A stretch of DNA of 64,000 nucleotides from Candidatus Eiseniibacteriota bacterium (GTDB lineage: Bacteria > Eisenbacteria > RBG-16-71-46). Below, piece after piece: positions 24,831-34,239 of the stretch. The notes under the pieces were generated by a model, which had not been told where the DNA came from, did no database searches, and saw nothing but the letters and a program-made list of their open reading frames with translations. Both the position numbers and the translations under genes were made by a program. Each line of letters starts with the position of its first letter. Within the stretch, counting starts at the first letter, position 1. The DNA lies in the NCBI GenBank assembly GCA_963776245.1, contig CAVZLN010000003.1, positions 320,001 to 384,000 on the forward strand, given 5' to 3'.

Positions 24831-26002
24831 CGCTTCGCCCCGCCTCCGGCCGGAGTCGGCGGAGGCGCGGGGGCTGTGGAGGGCGGGCGCACCGGCAACC
24901 AGTCATGGATCACCCAGCGACCCGCCTTGAGCTCGAAGTGGACGATGTAGAGCTGGCGCTTCGCGTCGCGGAAGCGGATGGCGAGCCAGCGCGGCCACTG
25001 CTCGTCGGGCTCGGCGTACTCCACCGCCCAGGTGCCCGGCGCGCGCCGGGCGCCCCAGCCGAGCGCGAGCGCCTCGTCGAGCCGCCGGGGCTCGACCAGC
25101 AGGCGCGCGGCGCCGGCGCGGTTCTGGTTCTGCAGGTAGCGCACGAACAGCGTGAAGGTCGAGAGCGGGGTGGGCAGCAGTCGCGAATCCTGCAGGACGA
25201 AGCCCTCCCGGCGCTCGACGAACATCGTCTCGTCGATCAGGCCCGGGCACTCGCGGCACACCGTGACCAGCGAGTCCGGGCGCGACCGGGTCCAGAGCAC
25301 GAGTTCAGGCAGGCCGTCGCCGTTCACGTCGGCGAACGCGCCGCGGCCCCGGCCCTCGTCCCCCAGGCGGTCCACCGACTGCACGATGTCCCACACGTCG
25401 CCCGCGCTGGAGAGCCCGAGCAGCACCCAGCTCAGCGCGCCGTCCCGCGCGCGATCGAGCACGCACAGTGAGTACGGGTGCTCGGTGCGCCCGGTGTGCC
25501 ACACGCGCAGCTGCGGTTCCCGGCCGCTGGGCAGGAGGATGCCCTGCTGGTGGTAGATCCGGCCGCGGTACCAGAACACGAACCCCACCGCCATCGCGGT
25601 CGCGCGGTCGGGATTGCGCACCGACACGAGCACGAAGTGGGGCATCTCCGGATCCACGCGCACCGCGGTCTCGAGGCCGAGCGAGTCGAGCACGCTCTCG
25701 ATGGCGATGGCCTGGGCCATGCCGTCGCGCCCCAGCGAGCGCAGCAGCTCGCGCGCCATGTCGGCAACGATCTCGTAGGGCCGGAAGTTGACGGCGCTCA
25801 CGGTGTCGCTGGCCTGGACGCGGAACAGCGCGCGGGCCTCGGCAGCGTGGACGGCGAGCGTGTCGCTCGACGGGGGCATCCACGGCTTCACGGTCTGTGC
25901 GTGTCCGGCCGGCGGAGCCAGCGGCGCGGCCGCGAGCAGCAGGCACAGCGCCGCCGACCGCGCGAGTGCTCGGTGAGTGAACGATGCAGGTCCTGTGCGC
26001 AG
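24827..26002 (-). CDS. Hypothetical secreted protein, paralog of the downstream lipoprotein (possible CTG start)
   Basis: ORF 24827..25891 extends in frame to a CTG at 26002 behind GGAGA, which adds a signal peptide. Contains 'FADVNGDGLPEL' and 'CRECPG'. Confidence 0.65.
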   Translation of the reverse strand: MRTGPASFTHRALARSAALCLLLAAAPLAPPAGHAQTVKPWMPPSSDTLAVHAAEARALFRVQASDTVSAVNFRPYEIVADMARELLRSLGRDGMAQAIAIESVLDSLGLETAVRVDPEMPHFVLVSVRNPDRATAMAVGFVFWYRGRIYHQQGILLPSGREPQLRVWHTGRTEHPYSLCVLDRARDGALSWVLLGLSSAGDVWDIVQSVDRLGDEGRGRGAFADVNGDGLPELVLWTRSRPDSLVTVCRECPGLIDETMFVERREGFVLQDSRLLPTPLSTFTLFVRYLQNQNRAGAARLLVEPRRLDEALALGWGARRAPGTWAVEYAEPDEQWPRWLAIRFRDAKRQLYIVHFELKAGRWVIHDWLPVRPPSTAPAPPPTPAGGGAKR

Positions 26003-26036
26003 TGGAGATCTCCGGTCCGGTCGGGTGGAGCGCGCG

Positions 26037-27320
26037 TCAGCGGCGCGGCGCGCGCGCGATCGGCGATGCCCGGGTCGCCGTCGCCGGGGAGGCCGCCGGC
26101 GGATCGCGATAGTAATACAACCGCAGGAGCGGCGGAATGTAGGCCGAGGCGGGCGAGTACGATGAGAAGGTCGTGGTCCCGGTCAGGGAGTAGCCCGCTG
26201 GCGCCCCGAACTGCACGCCGCTCTGCACGTGCGCCGTCAGGGAATCGGATCGGAACACCACGGCGCCCGCCGCGGGAACGAACGTGCCCCCGGCAAGCCG
26301 GCCGTGTCCGGTGTCGATGAAGGGCGGGCCGCCGAACGCCGCGGTGCATCCGTCGAAGTCGGTCGTGGTGCCGTACACGGCGGGAGCGCCGATCGACGGG
26401 GTGGCGCTGATCGGCCAGAGGAGGATCGCCGCGCCTGCGAGCCGGAGTCCGCGCGGCGCGCTGCCGACCGTCCATCGGATGGCGGAGTTGTAGCCCCCCC
26501 CCAGGATGAACGTGGTGCTCCCGCAGTTGGTGGTGGTCGGGCGCTGGCTCGAGATCGAGCAGAAGGTGGAGACCGGCAGCTCCAGCGAGTCGATGGCCGC
26601 ATCCGCGGCGACGGTCGTGAAGCACCACGCCGGGCCCGCGGCCTGCTCGCCGGTATCGAGGTTGGTGGCGCGCACCGACCACCACAGGGTGCTCGCGTGT
26701 CCCAGCCGCGCCGGCGCCACGCGCCGGGGGCTCGAGGTCACGAACCGCGAGCCGGCGTGGAGCGCGGCCGTCGCCGAGTCGGCGGCGGTGAACAGCTCGT
26801 AGCTCACCTGCCCCGCCTCCGGCTCGGTGGCGTCCCAGCCGAATGCCGCGAACGGTGACTGGCCGAGGGCATGGTGCGCGGGAACGGGGTGCTCGAGACG
26901 GCGCAGCGTGGTGGTGGTGAACTGCCAGAAGTACACCGAATCGAGCGCCACCCCGTCCGCCGTCGCGATCCGGGGCGAGAGCTCGATGGTGTAGGTGCGC
27001 CGCAGGCGCAGCCCCTCGAGCGGCACGACGCGCAGCGTGCGCGTGGCGGTGTCGTACGACACCGTCGAGAGGACGCGCGCGGCGTCCAGCTTGAGGAACA
27101 CCGTGGTGGGGTTCACCGTCGCGGGGGCGAGCGGCGCCCGGAAGCGGGCCCAGATCGGGGTGGTGAGCGGCACGCGCACCGAGCGCGCGGCCGGGAACAC
27201 CTCCTCGATCGCGGGCCCCAGCCGCGCCACGGGCGCGGTGGGCGCGGGCCTCGAGTCGCACCCCGCGAGCAGCGCCAGCGCCAGCACCGGCCAGGCGAGC
27301 GCCCGGAGTGGCGGGCTCAC
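26037..27320 (-). CDS. Lipoprotein with N-terminal bacterial Ig-like (Big_5-type) domain
   Basis: GTGA overlap with the upstream stop, lipobox 'LLAGC', 'P....VP....I...F..PL...TV...YTIEL......DG..L...W.FTT'. Confidence 0.7.
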   Translation of the reverse strand: MSPPLRALAWPVLALALLAGCDSRPAPTAPVARLGPAIEEVFPAARSVRVPLTTPIWARFRAPLAPATVNPTTVFLKLDAARVLSTVSYDTATRTLRVVPLEGLRLRRTYTIELSPRIATADGVALDSVYFWQFTTTTLRRLEHPVPAHHALGQSPFAAFGWDATEPEAGQVSYELFTAADSATAALHAGSRFVTSSPRRVAPARLGHASTLWWSVRATNLDTGEQAAGPAWCFTTVAADAAIDSLELPVSTFCSISSQRPTTTNCGSTTFILGGGYNSAIRWTVGSAPRGLRLAGAAILLWPISATPSIGAPAVYGTTTDFDGCTAAFGGPPFIDTGHGRLAGGTFVPAAGAVVFRSDSLTAHVQSGVQFGAPAGYSLTGTTTFSSYSPASAYIPPLLRLYYYRDPPAASPATATRASPIARAPRR

Positions 27321-29842
27321 CGGATCACCACGAAGCGTCCGACCTGGCGGCCGAGCGCGGAGTCCACGGTGAACATGTAGATCCCCGATTCGACCTCCTG
27401 GCCGTTGCGCGACACCAGGTTCCACGCCGCCTGACCGTCCCCGTTCGAGGCGTCGTGATCGATCTGGGCCACCCAGTCACCGGCCACCGTCCACACCTTG
27501 ATGACGCAACGGGCGCGCGGCAGCCCCATGAAGTCGAGATGGCGCGTCAGCCGGCTCCCGTCCACCGGGGGGAGGTCCCAGTCGGCCCGCGCGCGGAACG
27601 GATTCGGCACCACCCAGACCTCACCCGCGCGTGCGCGCGCCGCGCTGTGCGGGGTCACCACCTGGTCGAAGGTGGCGAGCAGCGGGCTCTCGAGCACGCG
27701 CCGCGTCGGCGTGCCGTCGGGCGCCCGGGTGACCCGCTCATAGCGGCTGGTCACGGTGTAGAGGTAGGGGAAGCCGTCGAGCACCGTGCTGTCGCTCACG
27801 GCGTAGCGGCCCACGGGATAGAGCTTCTGCTCGTAGAGGATGCGCTCGTAGTCCACGGTGGTGTCGGTCACGCTGGAGAGCAGCACCTCGCTGTTGCGCT
27901 GGTCGAACGCGTAGGCGTTGACCAGCGCCCAGCGCTCGGGCGGCGGCAGCAGCGCCTGGCGGCCGCGCCAGTCGGCGATGCGGTAGAGCCGATAGCCGAG
28001 GAATCGCGACTCGGAGGTGCCGAGTTGCCCGCCGGCCAGCAACACCTCGGGGCGGTTGTCCCACGCGACATCCACCGCGTGGTCGCGCGCGGTCACCCGG
28101 AAGCCCGGCGGGGGCGGGACCTCGCCCGGGTCGAGCCAGCGCAGGACGCTCTCGTACCCGGCCAGTCCGGTGCACTCGTCACAGTCGGTGTCGGTCCACA
28201 CGCAGTGGCCGTGCGCGAAGTGCGCGACCACCTCCGGGACCTCGAGGTTGCGGAGCTTGGCGGGGCAGTGGGGGTCGAGATCGAACTGCACCCCGGGCGG
28301 GGGCTCGATGCACGCCTCGTGGCCATTGGTCCCGCTGATCCCCTCGTCCCAGTTGTTCGGGTACGCGCCGACGACCGAGTCCGGCAGCAGATTCAGACGG
28401 GTCCCGTTCTGGAGCACCGCCGCCGCCCCGATCGCGGTCAGCAGGCTCTCGGGGCTCTCGGCCGCGACCAGCGCGAGGTCGAAATCGATCGACTGGCCCG
28501 GCGCCAGCGACGGGAACGGGCCGCACGACACGAGCACCGACCAGTCGCCGGTGGCGGTGGGGTTGGCGCCCTGGGCGCGGCCGGCGAGCGCCTCGTAGCG
28601 CTCGGCGTCCACCACCGGCGGCCCCCCCATGCCCGGCACGTCCCCGCGGCGGAAGGCGGTGGTCGTGAAGGCGACCCGGCCGGGCGCGCGGGCGTACTCG
28701 CTCAGCTGTCCCATCCGGGCGAACGGATCGGTGGTGTGGTCGAGCGGCACCACCGCGACCACCGGCAGACCGGAACCCGGCGTGTCGTCGGCCACGTACG
28801 TCACGCGTTGCGTGAGCACGTCCGCGCAGGCGAGCGAGGCGGGCTGCTGGGGCACGCCGTTCGCCGCCACGCGCGAGACCCCGAGGGGGACCTGCCGGGA
28901 GTAGGTCAGTTCGCGCACCACGTCGTTCAGGTGGCCGGCACGGTCGGAACGCAGGCGCGAATCGAGGTCGGCGAACAACCCGACGTAGAGCCCTCGCAGG
29001 GTCTGCGCGCTGTGATTGGTGACGTGGAAACTCAGCCCGGCGATGCGGTCGGCGCCCGGCACGGACCACGCGTAGGCCTCCTGATGCACCGAGAGGCCCA
29101 GCGGCATGTGCTCTTCGCCATTGTTGTACACGAAGCGCGCCTCCGGCCGGTCGTCCACGTAGTCCGCGGCGAGCATCTGCTGGGAGAACATCCCGAGATC
29201 CTCGTCCACCTCGCCGTCGCCATCGTCGTCCCGGCCGTTCAGGATCTCCTCGTCCGTGCGTCCGTCGTGGTCGTCGTCCACCAGCCTCCGGGCACCCAGC
29301 CGGTCCCGCCACGCCACGCGCACCCGGTCCTCGGGGTCGAGCGTGGGGCGGAACTCGAGCATCGGTCCGCCCGAGACGCGCGGCGACCCGTCGCTGCCGT
29401 ACCCGCCCACCCACAGTTCGGCGTGGTTCAGCAGCTCCATCCCGGAACCGCGCGGGTACTCGAACGACGCGTCGTACGACAGCCCGAGATCGAAGAACGC
29501 GTTGCCGAGGATGCCGGCATTGGTGATCCGCAGCGCGAACCGGCCGGCCTCGAGCAGCGGCCCCCGGTCCCGATTGTCGAGGATGGCGCGGGCGCACGGC
29601 ACGGCCAGCGCGCTCGCCAGGAGCGCGAGGACACCGATGAGCGGGAGGCGGGAACGACGGGCGGCGCTGGACAAGGGTCCTGAGTTGCTCCTCCGAGGGG
29701 CGGGGACGACCGATTGTAGACAGGTGCCCGCGGCACGGAAAGGGCGACTTCGGTTCCCGCGTGACGGACGCGCGGAAGGGCGGGACCAGCGTGGTCCCGC
29801 CCCCCGGGACCGCGAAGGTGTTTGAAGGGCGGGGCGGGACAC
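27317..29842 (-). CDS. Large secreted protein with Asp-rich Ca-binding loops and a C-terminal FlgD/T9SS-like sorting domain (true start probably downstream of 29842)
   Basis: Signal-like 'LIGVLALLASALAVPCARA', 'DDDHDGRTDE..NGRDDDGDGEVDED', C-terminus 'VVPNPF...WNLVSRNGQEVESGIYMF...GRFVVIR'. Confidence 0.75.
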   Translation of the reverse strand: MSRPALQTPSRSRGAGPRWSRPSARPSRGNRSRPFRAAGTCLQSVVPAPRRSNSGPLSSAARRSRLPLIGVLALLASALAVPCARAILDNRDRGPLLEAGRFALRITNAGILGNAFFDLGLSYDASFEYPRGSGMELLNHAELWVGGYGSDGSPRVSGGPMLEFRPTLDPEDRVRVAWRDRLGARRLVDDDHDGRTDEEILNGRDDDGDGEVDEDLGMFSQQMLAADYVDDRPEARFVYNNGEEHMPLGLSVHQEAYAWSVPGADRIAGLSFHVTNHSAQTLRGLYVGLFADLDSRLRSDRAGHLNDVVRELTYSRQVPLGVSRVAANGVPQQPASLACADVLTQRVTYVADDTPGSGLPVVAVVPLDHTTDPFARMGQLSEYARAPGRVAFTTTAFRRGDVPGMGGPPVVDAERYEALAGRAQGANPTATGDWSVLVSCGPFPSLAPGQSIDFDLALVAAESPESLLTAIGAAAVLQNGTRLNLLPDSVVGAYPNNWDEGISGTNGHEACIEPPPGVQFDLDPHCPAKLRNLEVPEVVAHFAHGHCVWTDTDCDECTGLAGYESVLRWLDPGEVPPPPGFRVTARDHAVDVAWDNRPEVLLAGGQLGTSESRFLGYRLYRIADWRGRQALLPPPERWALVNAYAFDQRNSEVLLSSVTDTTVDYERILYEQKLYPVGRYAVSDSTVLDGFPYLYTVTSRYERVTRAPDGTPTRRVLESPLLATFDQVVTPHSAARARAGEVWVVPNPFRARADWDLPPVDGSRLTRHLDFMGLPRARCVIKVWTVAGDWVAQIDHDASNGDGQAAWNLVSRNGQEVESGIYMFTVDSALGRQVGRFVVIR

Positions 29843-29851
29843 GCCTAGAAT
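29822..29851 (+). promoter_or_regulatory. Possible sigma70 promoter
   Basis: TTGAAG-N18-TAGAAT upstream of the small Zn-ribbon gene. Confidence 0.4.
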
Positions 29852-29903
29852 GCGGCGGCCCCCCAGAGGTGAGGTGAGCGTGGATCGAGGGGAGGGGATT
29901 GGG

Positions 29904-30095
29904 ATGGAAGCCAGCTACCCCGAGTGCCGGAAGTGCCATGAAGGTGTGCTGCTCCCGCTCTCGGACTACGGCCGGGACGGCGCGCCCATCACCTATAAGG
30001 CCTGGGTGTGCAGCAATCCGATCTGCGGCTTCAACCTGCGCATCGACAATGGCGAGATCAGCCTCGGACGCACCATCGGGGTGTCGGCCAAGTAG
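29904..30095 (+). CDS. Small putative zinc-ribbon protein (63 aa)
   Basis: GGAGGGG RBS, 'CRKC...WVCSNPIC', no signal peptide. Confidence 0.7.
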   Translation: MEASYPECRKCHEGVLLPLSDYGRDGAPITYKAWVCSNPICGFNLRIDNGEISLGRTIGVSAK

Positions 30096-30158
30096 GCCGC
30101 CCGACCCCACGCAGCGCCGCGCGCCGCGCGGTCCCCACGGGCCAAGGAGATCGATCGA

Positions 30159-30920
30159 TTGATCCGCGCCATCGTCTTCGACGTCGATAACACGCTCGTC
30201 GACTTCATGAAGATGAAGCGCGACGCGATCACCGCGGCGATCGACGGCATGATCGACGCGGGCCTGCGTCTGCCCCGGGATGCCGTGCGGGAGCGCATCG
30301 ACGCGATCTACCAGGCGAAGGGTCTCGAGTACCAGCAGGTCTTCAACGACCTGCTCGAGCGCGAGACCGGCACCCTGGATCCCCGCATCCTGGCCTCCGG
30401 CATCCTCGCCTACCGTCGCGCGCGGGAGTCCGCGCTCGTCCTGTACCCGCACATCCAGCTCACGCTGATCGAGCTGCTCAAGCGCGGCATCCGCCTCGGC
30501 GTGGTCTCCGACGCCCCGCGCGAGCAGGTGTGGCTGAGGTTGTGCTCGCTCTCGCTCCAGCACGTGTTCGATGCGGTCGTGACGTTCGACGACACCGGCC
30601 GGCGCAAGCCCAGCCCGGCGCCGTTCCGCAAGGTGCTCCGCCTGCTCGACGTGGAGCCCGGCGAGGCGCTGATGGTGGGCGACTGGGCGGAGCGCGACGT
30701 GGTGGGCGGCAAGAAGCTCGGCATGAAGACCGCGTTCGCTCGCTACGGCGACGCGTTCGACACCGTGGAGTCGGGCGCGGATCACGATATCGACGACCCG
30801 ATGGAGCTGGTGGCCATCGTGGACGCGATCAACGGCTCGCCCGGCCCACGGGCGAGCAGGGGCGCCCGCCGGTCGGCGGCGCCCCGTCGACCGACCCGCA
30901 CCCGGAGGATGCATGGCTGA
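30159..30920 (+). CDS. HAD-superfamily (IA) hydrolase
   Basis: 'IVFDVDNTL', 'GVVSD', 'RKPSP', 'MVGDWAERDV'. AAGGAG RBS with TTG start. Confidence 0.9.
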   Translation: MIRAIVFDVDNTLVDFMKMKRDAITAAIDGMIDAGLRLPRDAVRERIDAIYQAKGLEYQQVFNDLLERETGTLDPRILASGILAYRRARESALVLYPHIQLTLIELLKRGIRLGVVSDAPREQVWLRLCSLSLQHVFDAVVTFDDTGRRKPSPAPFRKVLRLLDVEPGEALMVGDWAERDVVGGKKLGMKTAFARYGDAFDTVESGADHDIDDPMELVAIVDAINGSPGPRASRGARRSAAPRRPTRTRRMHG

Positions 30921-31251
30921 AGCGAAGGTCAAGGCAGCGAAGGTGAAGATCGTCCCGCCGCCCGACCCCAAGAGCGCGGATGGCAGGTTCCACGTGTACG
31001 TCTTCGACGTGTTCCACAAGGAATTCCTGCCCGGCAAGACGTTCGACACCATCGAGCGCGCGGTCCAGTACCAGCGCCAGGCGCAGGAGCACATCTACCT
31101 CGAGCAGGAGGCGGATCCGGCGCTCTTCGACCTGCCGTTCATCTCCTCCGATCCCGGGTTGCTCGAGCGCGTCCGCAGCGATGCCGCTTTCCGGACGGCG
31201 CTGGTCCGTGACCTGACGTCGGACGCCCGCGGGCGCGCGCGCCGGCGCTGA
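30913..31251 (+). CDS. Hypothetical protein
   Basis: GGAGG RBS, normal protein composition, in operon position. Confidence 0.7.
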   Translation: MAEAKVKAAKVKIVPPPDPKSADGRFHVYVFDVFHKEFLPGKTFDTIERAVQYQRQAQEHIYLEQEADPALFDLPFISSDPGLLERVRSDAAFRTALVRDLTSDARGRARRR

Positions 31252-31258
31252 GGCGCGC

Positions 31259-32029
31259 GTGCTCCTCGCCGCCGTCACGGTGATCGCCGCGCTGTCCGGG
31301 GAGGGCCCGCGGGTGCCGGGGCTCGCGCTGCGCTTCGGCGAGACGGTCGGACACGTGGATTCGACGCATCGCTGGCTGGCCCAGGCCGCCGGCCCGGGGG
31401 GCGGCGAATCGCGCACCGCGCGCGCGCCCTTCTTCGGGATCCCGGCCACGGTGAAGCTCTACTTCGAGAGCGGCCGCCTCGCGCGCGCCGAGGCGGCCGT
31501 GGACTCCGCCACCGCCCGCCACGCCGACTACGTGCAGGACGAACTGCGCCGCCTCGGGCTGCGCCGCCGATGCGCGGAGGACTCGCCGAGCCAGAGCCGA
31601 TGCACGTGGGACGGGCGCGCCTCGGTCCAGCTCACCATCCAGAAGGACCACATCACCGCCACGATGGAGCCTCCGCCACGGGAGGCCGAGCCCGCCTCGG
31701 TCGTGACGGCGCCGCCCGAGATCCCCGGCGGCGGCGCGGCGGTGCACGGGGCGCCTCCGCCCACGGAGTCCGCGCCCACGGTGGTCGATTCGTGCGTCCC
31801 GCGACTCCCCCCCGCGGCCCGGCGCGCCGGCATCCAGGGCCGGGTGTACGTGTCGGCGCTGATTGACACCGCCGGCCGGGTCGTCGACGTCCGTGTCCAG
31901 GGCGGCATCCCCGAGCTGAACGACGCCGCCCTGGCCTGCGCGCGTCGCTACCGCTTCCTGCCCGCCCGCTCGAAGGGCCGTCCCGAACCCGCGTGGACCA
32001 CGATCCCGGTCGTGTTCCTCCTGCCATGA
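31259..32029 (+). CDS. TonB C-terminal domain protein
   Basis: Pro-rich linker, then 'PPAARRAGIQGRVYV...IDTAGRV...YRFLPA...IPVVF'. Confidence 0.75.
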   Translation: MLLAAVTVIAALSGEGPRVPGLALRFGETVGHVDSTHRWLAQAAGPGGGESRTARAPFFGIPATVKLYFESGRLARAEAAVDSATARHADYVQDELRRLGLRRRCAEDSPSQSRCTWDGRASVQLTIQKDHITATMEPPPREAEPASVVTAPPEIPGGGAAVHGAPPPTESAPTVVDSCVPRLPPAARRAGIQGRVYVSALIDTAGRVVDVRVQGGIPELNDAALACARRYRFLPARSKGRPEPAWTTIPVVFLLP

Positions 32030-33633
32030 CCATGCTCCTGCTCACCGCGGAGGAGATGCGCCGGCTCGACCGGCTCACCATCGAGGGCGGGCACGCGTCC
32101 GGCGTCACGCTCATGGAGCGCGCCGGCGCCGGCGTGGTGGCCGCGATGGAGCGCCGGTACGGCCCGCTGCTCGGGTACCGGGTCCTGGTGATGTGCGGCA
32201 CCGGCAACAATGGCGGCGACGGGTTCGTGGCCGCGCGCCGGCTGCGCGCGCGCGGCGCCGAGCCGCAGGTCGTGGTGCTGGGCGACATCGCCCGGGTCAC
32301 CGGCGACGCGCGGCACCATCTCGAAGCGCTGCGCGCGGCGGGCGTCGAGCCGGCGGTGGCCGGGGACGAGGCCGCGCTCGCGCGGGTCGCCGCGCCGCGC
32401 GACCGCTGGGACCACGCGGTGGACGCGCTGCTCGGCACCGGCGCCCGCGGTGCCCCGGAGGGGCCGGCGGCCGCGGGCGTGGAGATGCTGCGCGCGCTCG
32501 ACGACGCGGGCACGCCGGTGGTGTCGGTGGACCTGCCCACCGGGCTCGACGCCGACACCGGCGCGATCGCGCGCCGTACCGTGCGCGCCGACCTCACCGT
32601 GACCTTCGGCCATCCCAAGCGCGGTCACCTGCTGTGGCCCGGGCGCGCGTTCTGCGGCGTGCTCGAGGTGGTGGACATCGGGCTCCATCCGCCGCCGGAC
32701 GATCCGGTGGCGTGGCGCGTGGAACTGGCGACCGAGACGGCGATGGCGCGCCTGGTCCCGACGCGCGACCCGCGGGCCCACAAGGGCTCGGTCGGCCGCG
32801 TGCTGGTGATCGGCGGTTCGCCGGGGCTCACCGGTGCGGTGGTGCTCGCGGCGCGCGCGGCGACGCGCGCGGGGGCGGGCTACGTGCAGGTGGCGGTGCC
32901 AGCGTCGATGCACGACCTGTTCGAGACCCAGCTCGTCGAGGAGATGACGCTTCCGATGCCGGAGACCCCGGCGCGCACGCTGTCGAAGTCCGCGCTCATC
33001 CCGGTGCGCGCGGCACTGGCGCGCGTGGACGCCGCGGTGCTGGGCTCGGGGCTGGGACGCGAGGACGGCGCCGCCGCGCTCGCCGGCCTGCTGGCCGCGC
33101 AACCGGGGCCCGCGCTGGTGATCGACGCCGACGCGCTGCACGCGCTCGCCGCGGCCGCGCTGGTGACCACACCGGCTCACGCGGCGCCGCGCGTGCTCAC
33201 GCCGCACCTCGGTGAGATGCAGCGCCTGACCGGCGTGGACGCCGCGACCCTCGAGGCCTCGCGCATCGACGCCGCGCGCGAATGGGCGGCGGCGTGGGGC
33301 TCGGTCGTGGTGTTGAAGGGCGCGCCCACGGTGACCGCGGCGCCGGATGGACGTGCGACGGTGAATCCCACCGGCAATCCCGGGATGGCGACCGCGGGCG
33401 CGGGGGACGTGCTCGCGGGCGCGATCGCGGCGCTGCTGGCGCAGGGGCTCGCGCCCTACGACGCGGCGCGGCTCGGGGCGTACGCGCACGGGCGGGCGGG
33501 CGACCACGTGGCGCTCACCCAGGGCGAGCACGGGATGAGCGCGGGCGACCTGGTCGCGGCGCTGCCGGGGGCGCTGCTCGCGCTCACCCGTCGGCGGGAC
33601 GACGCTCCGCGCGGGAACGCCGCCGGGCGCTGA
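32026..33633 (+). CDS. nnr: Bifunctional NAD(P)H-hydrate epimerase/dehydratase
   Basis: 'LMERAG', 'CGTGNNGGDG', 'VDALLGTG', 'HKGSVG', 'VIDADAL', 'LTPHLGEM', 'ATAGAGDVLAG'. Confidence 0.93.
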   Translation: MTMLLLTAEEMRRLDRLTIEGGHASGVTLMERAGAGVVAAMERRYGPLLGYRVLVMCGTGNNGGDGFVAARRLRARGAEPQVVVLGDIARVTGDARHHLEALRAAGVEPAVAGDEAALARVAAPRDRWDHAVDALLGTGARGAPEGPAAAGVEMLRALDDAGTPVVSVDLPTGLDADTGAIARRTVRADLTVTFGHPKRGHLLWPGRAFCGVLEVVDIGLHPPPDDPVAWRVELATETAMARLVPTRDPRAHKGSVGRVLVIGGSPGLTGAVVLAARAATRAGAGYVQVAVPASMHDLFETQLVEEMTLPMPETPARTLSKSALIPVRAALARVDAAVLGSGLGREDGAAALAGLLAAQPGPALVIDADALHALAAAALVTTPAHAAPRVLTPHLGEMQRLTGVDAATLEASRIDAAREWAAAWGSVVVLKGAPTVTAAPDGRATVNPTGNPGMATAGAGDVLAGAIAALLAQGLAPYDAARLGAYAHGRAGDHVALTQGEHGMSAGDLVAALPGALLALTRRRDDAPRGNAAGR

Positions 33634-33679
33634 TGCCGCGGGTCCCGGGGCCGGCGCCGCGCCGGCGCGCGCCTCTCCT

Positions 33680-34003
33680 CTACAGGTGGGGCTTCAGCCG
33701 GCCGAGGAGCGCGGCCTTGGGCATCGCACCCACCAGGCGCTCGACGGGCTGTCCGTCCTTGAACAGCAGCAGCGTCGGGATGCTCAGCACCTGATAGCGC
33801 TGCGCGGTGTCCCCGCTCTCATCGGTGTCGAGCTTGACCACCTTGAGACGGCCTGCGTATTCGCCGGCGATCTCGTCCACGACCGGCGCGATCGCACGGC
33901 ACGGACCGCACCATGCCGCCCAGAAATCGACCAGCACGGGCACCGGCGACTTCAGCACCTCGGCGTCGAAATTCAGGTCGGTCACGGCCGTTGCTTGCGA
34001 CAT
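33680..34003 (-). CDS. trxA: Thioredoxin
   Basis: 'VLVDFWAAWCGPCR', 'SIPTL'; GGAGG RBS. Confidence 0.95.
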   Translation of the reverse strand: MSQATAVTDLNFDAEVLKSPVPVLVDFWAAWCGPCRAIAPVVDEIAGEYAGRLKVVKLDTDESGDTAQRYQVLSIPTLLLFKDGQPVERLVGAMPKAALLGRLKPHL

Positions 34004-34239
34004 GCGAGAACCTCCTCTTCGACACGATCGACGTCTCGAGAACGATCGCCCTTTCGGATGTCCGGCGGGACGGAACGATGCAGCGGGTTCCCGAGCGCGG
34101 TCAGGATAAGAAGGTGCTCCGGCAGCGTCAACCGCGCCGCTCGCCGCGCGGGCGCGTTCACCCGACGCCGCGCTTCCCGGGCACGTGCGCGATGGACTAG
34201 CATGCCTTGCCCGCTGCGTGCCGGGGACCCGGCCGGCGG

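Noticed and set aside
29904..30095. 'CRKCH' as a c-type heme site
   Set aside because: No export signal and a second Cys pair is present, so a Zn ribbon is more plausible.
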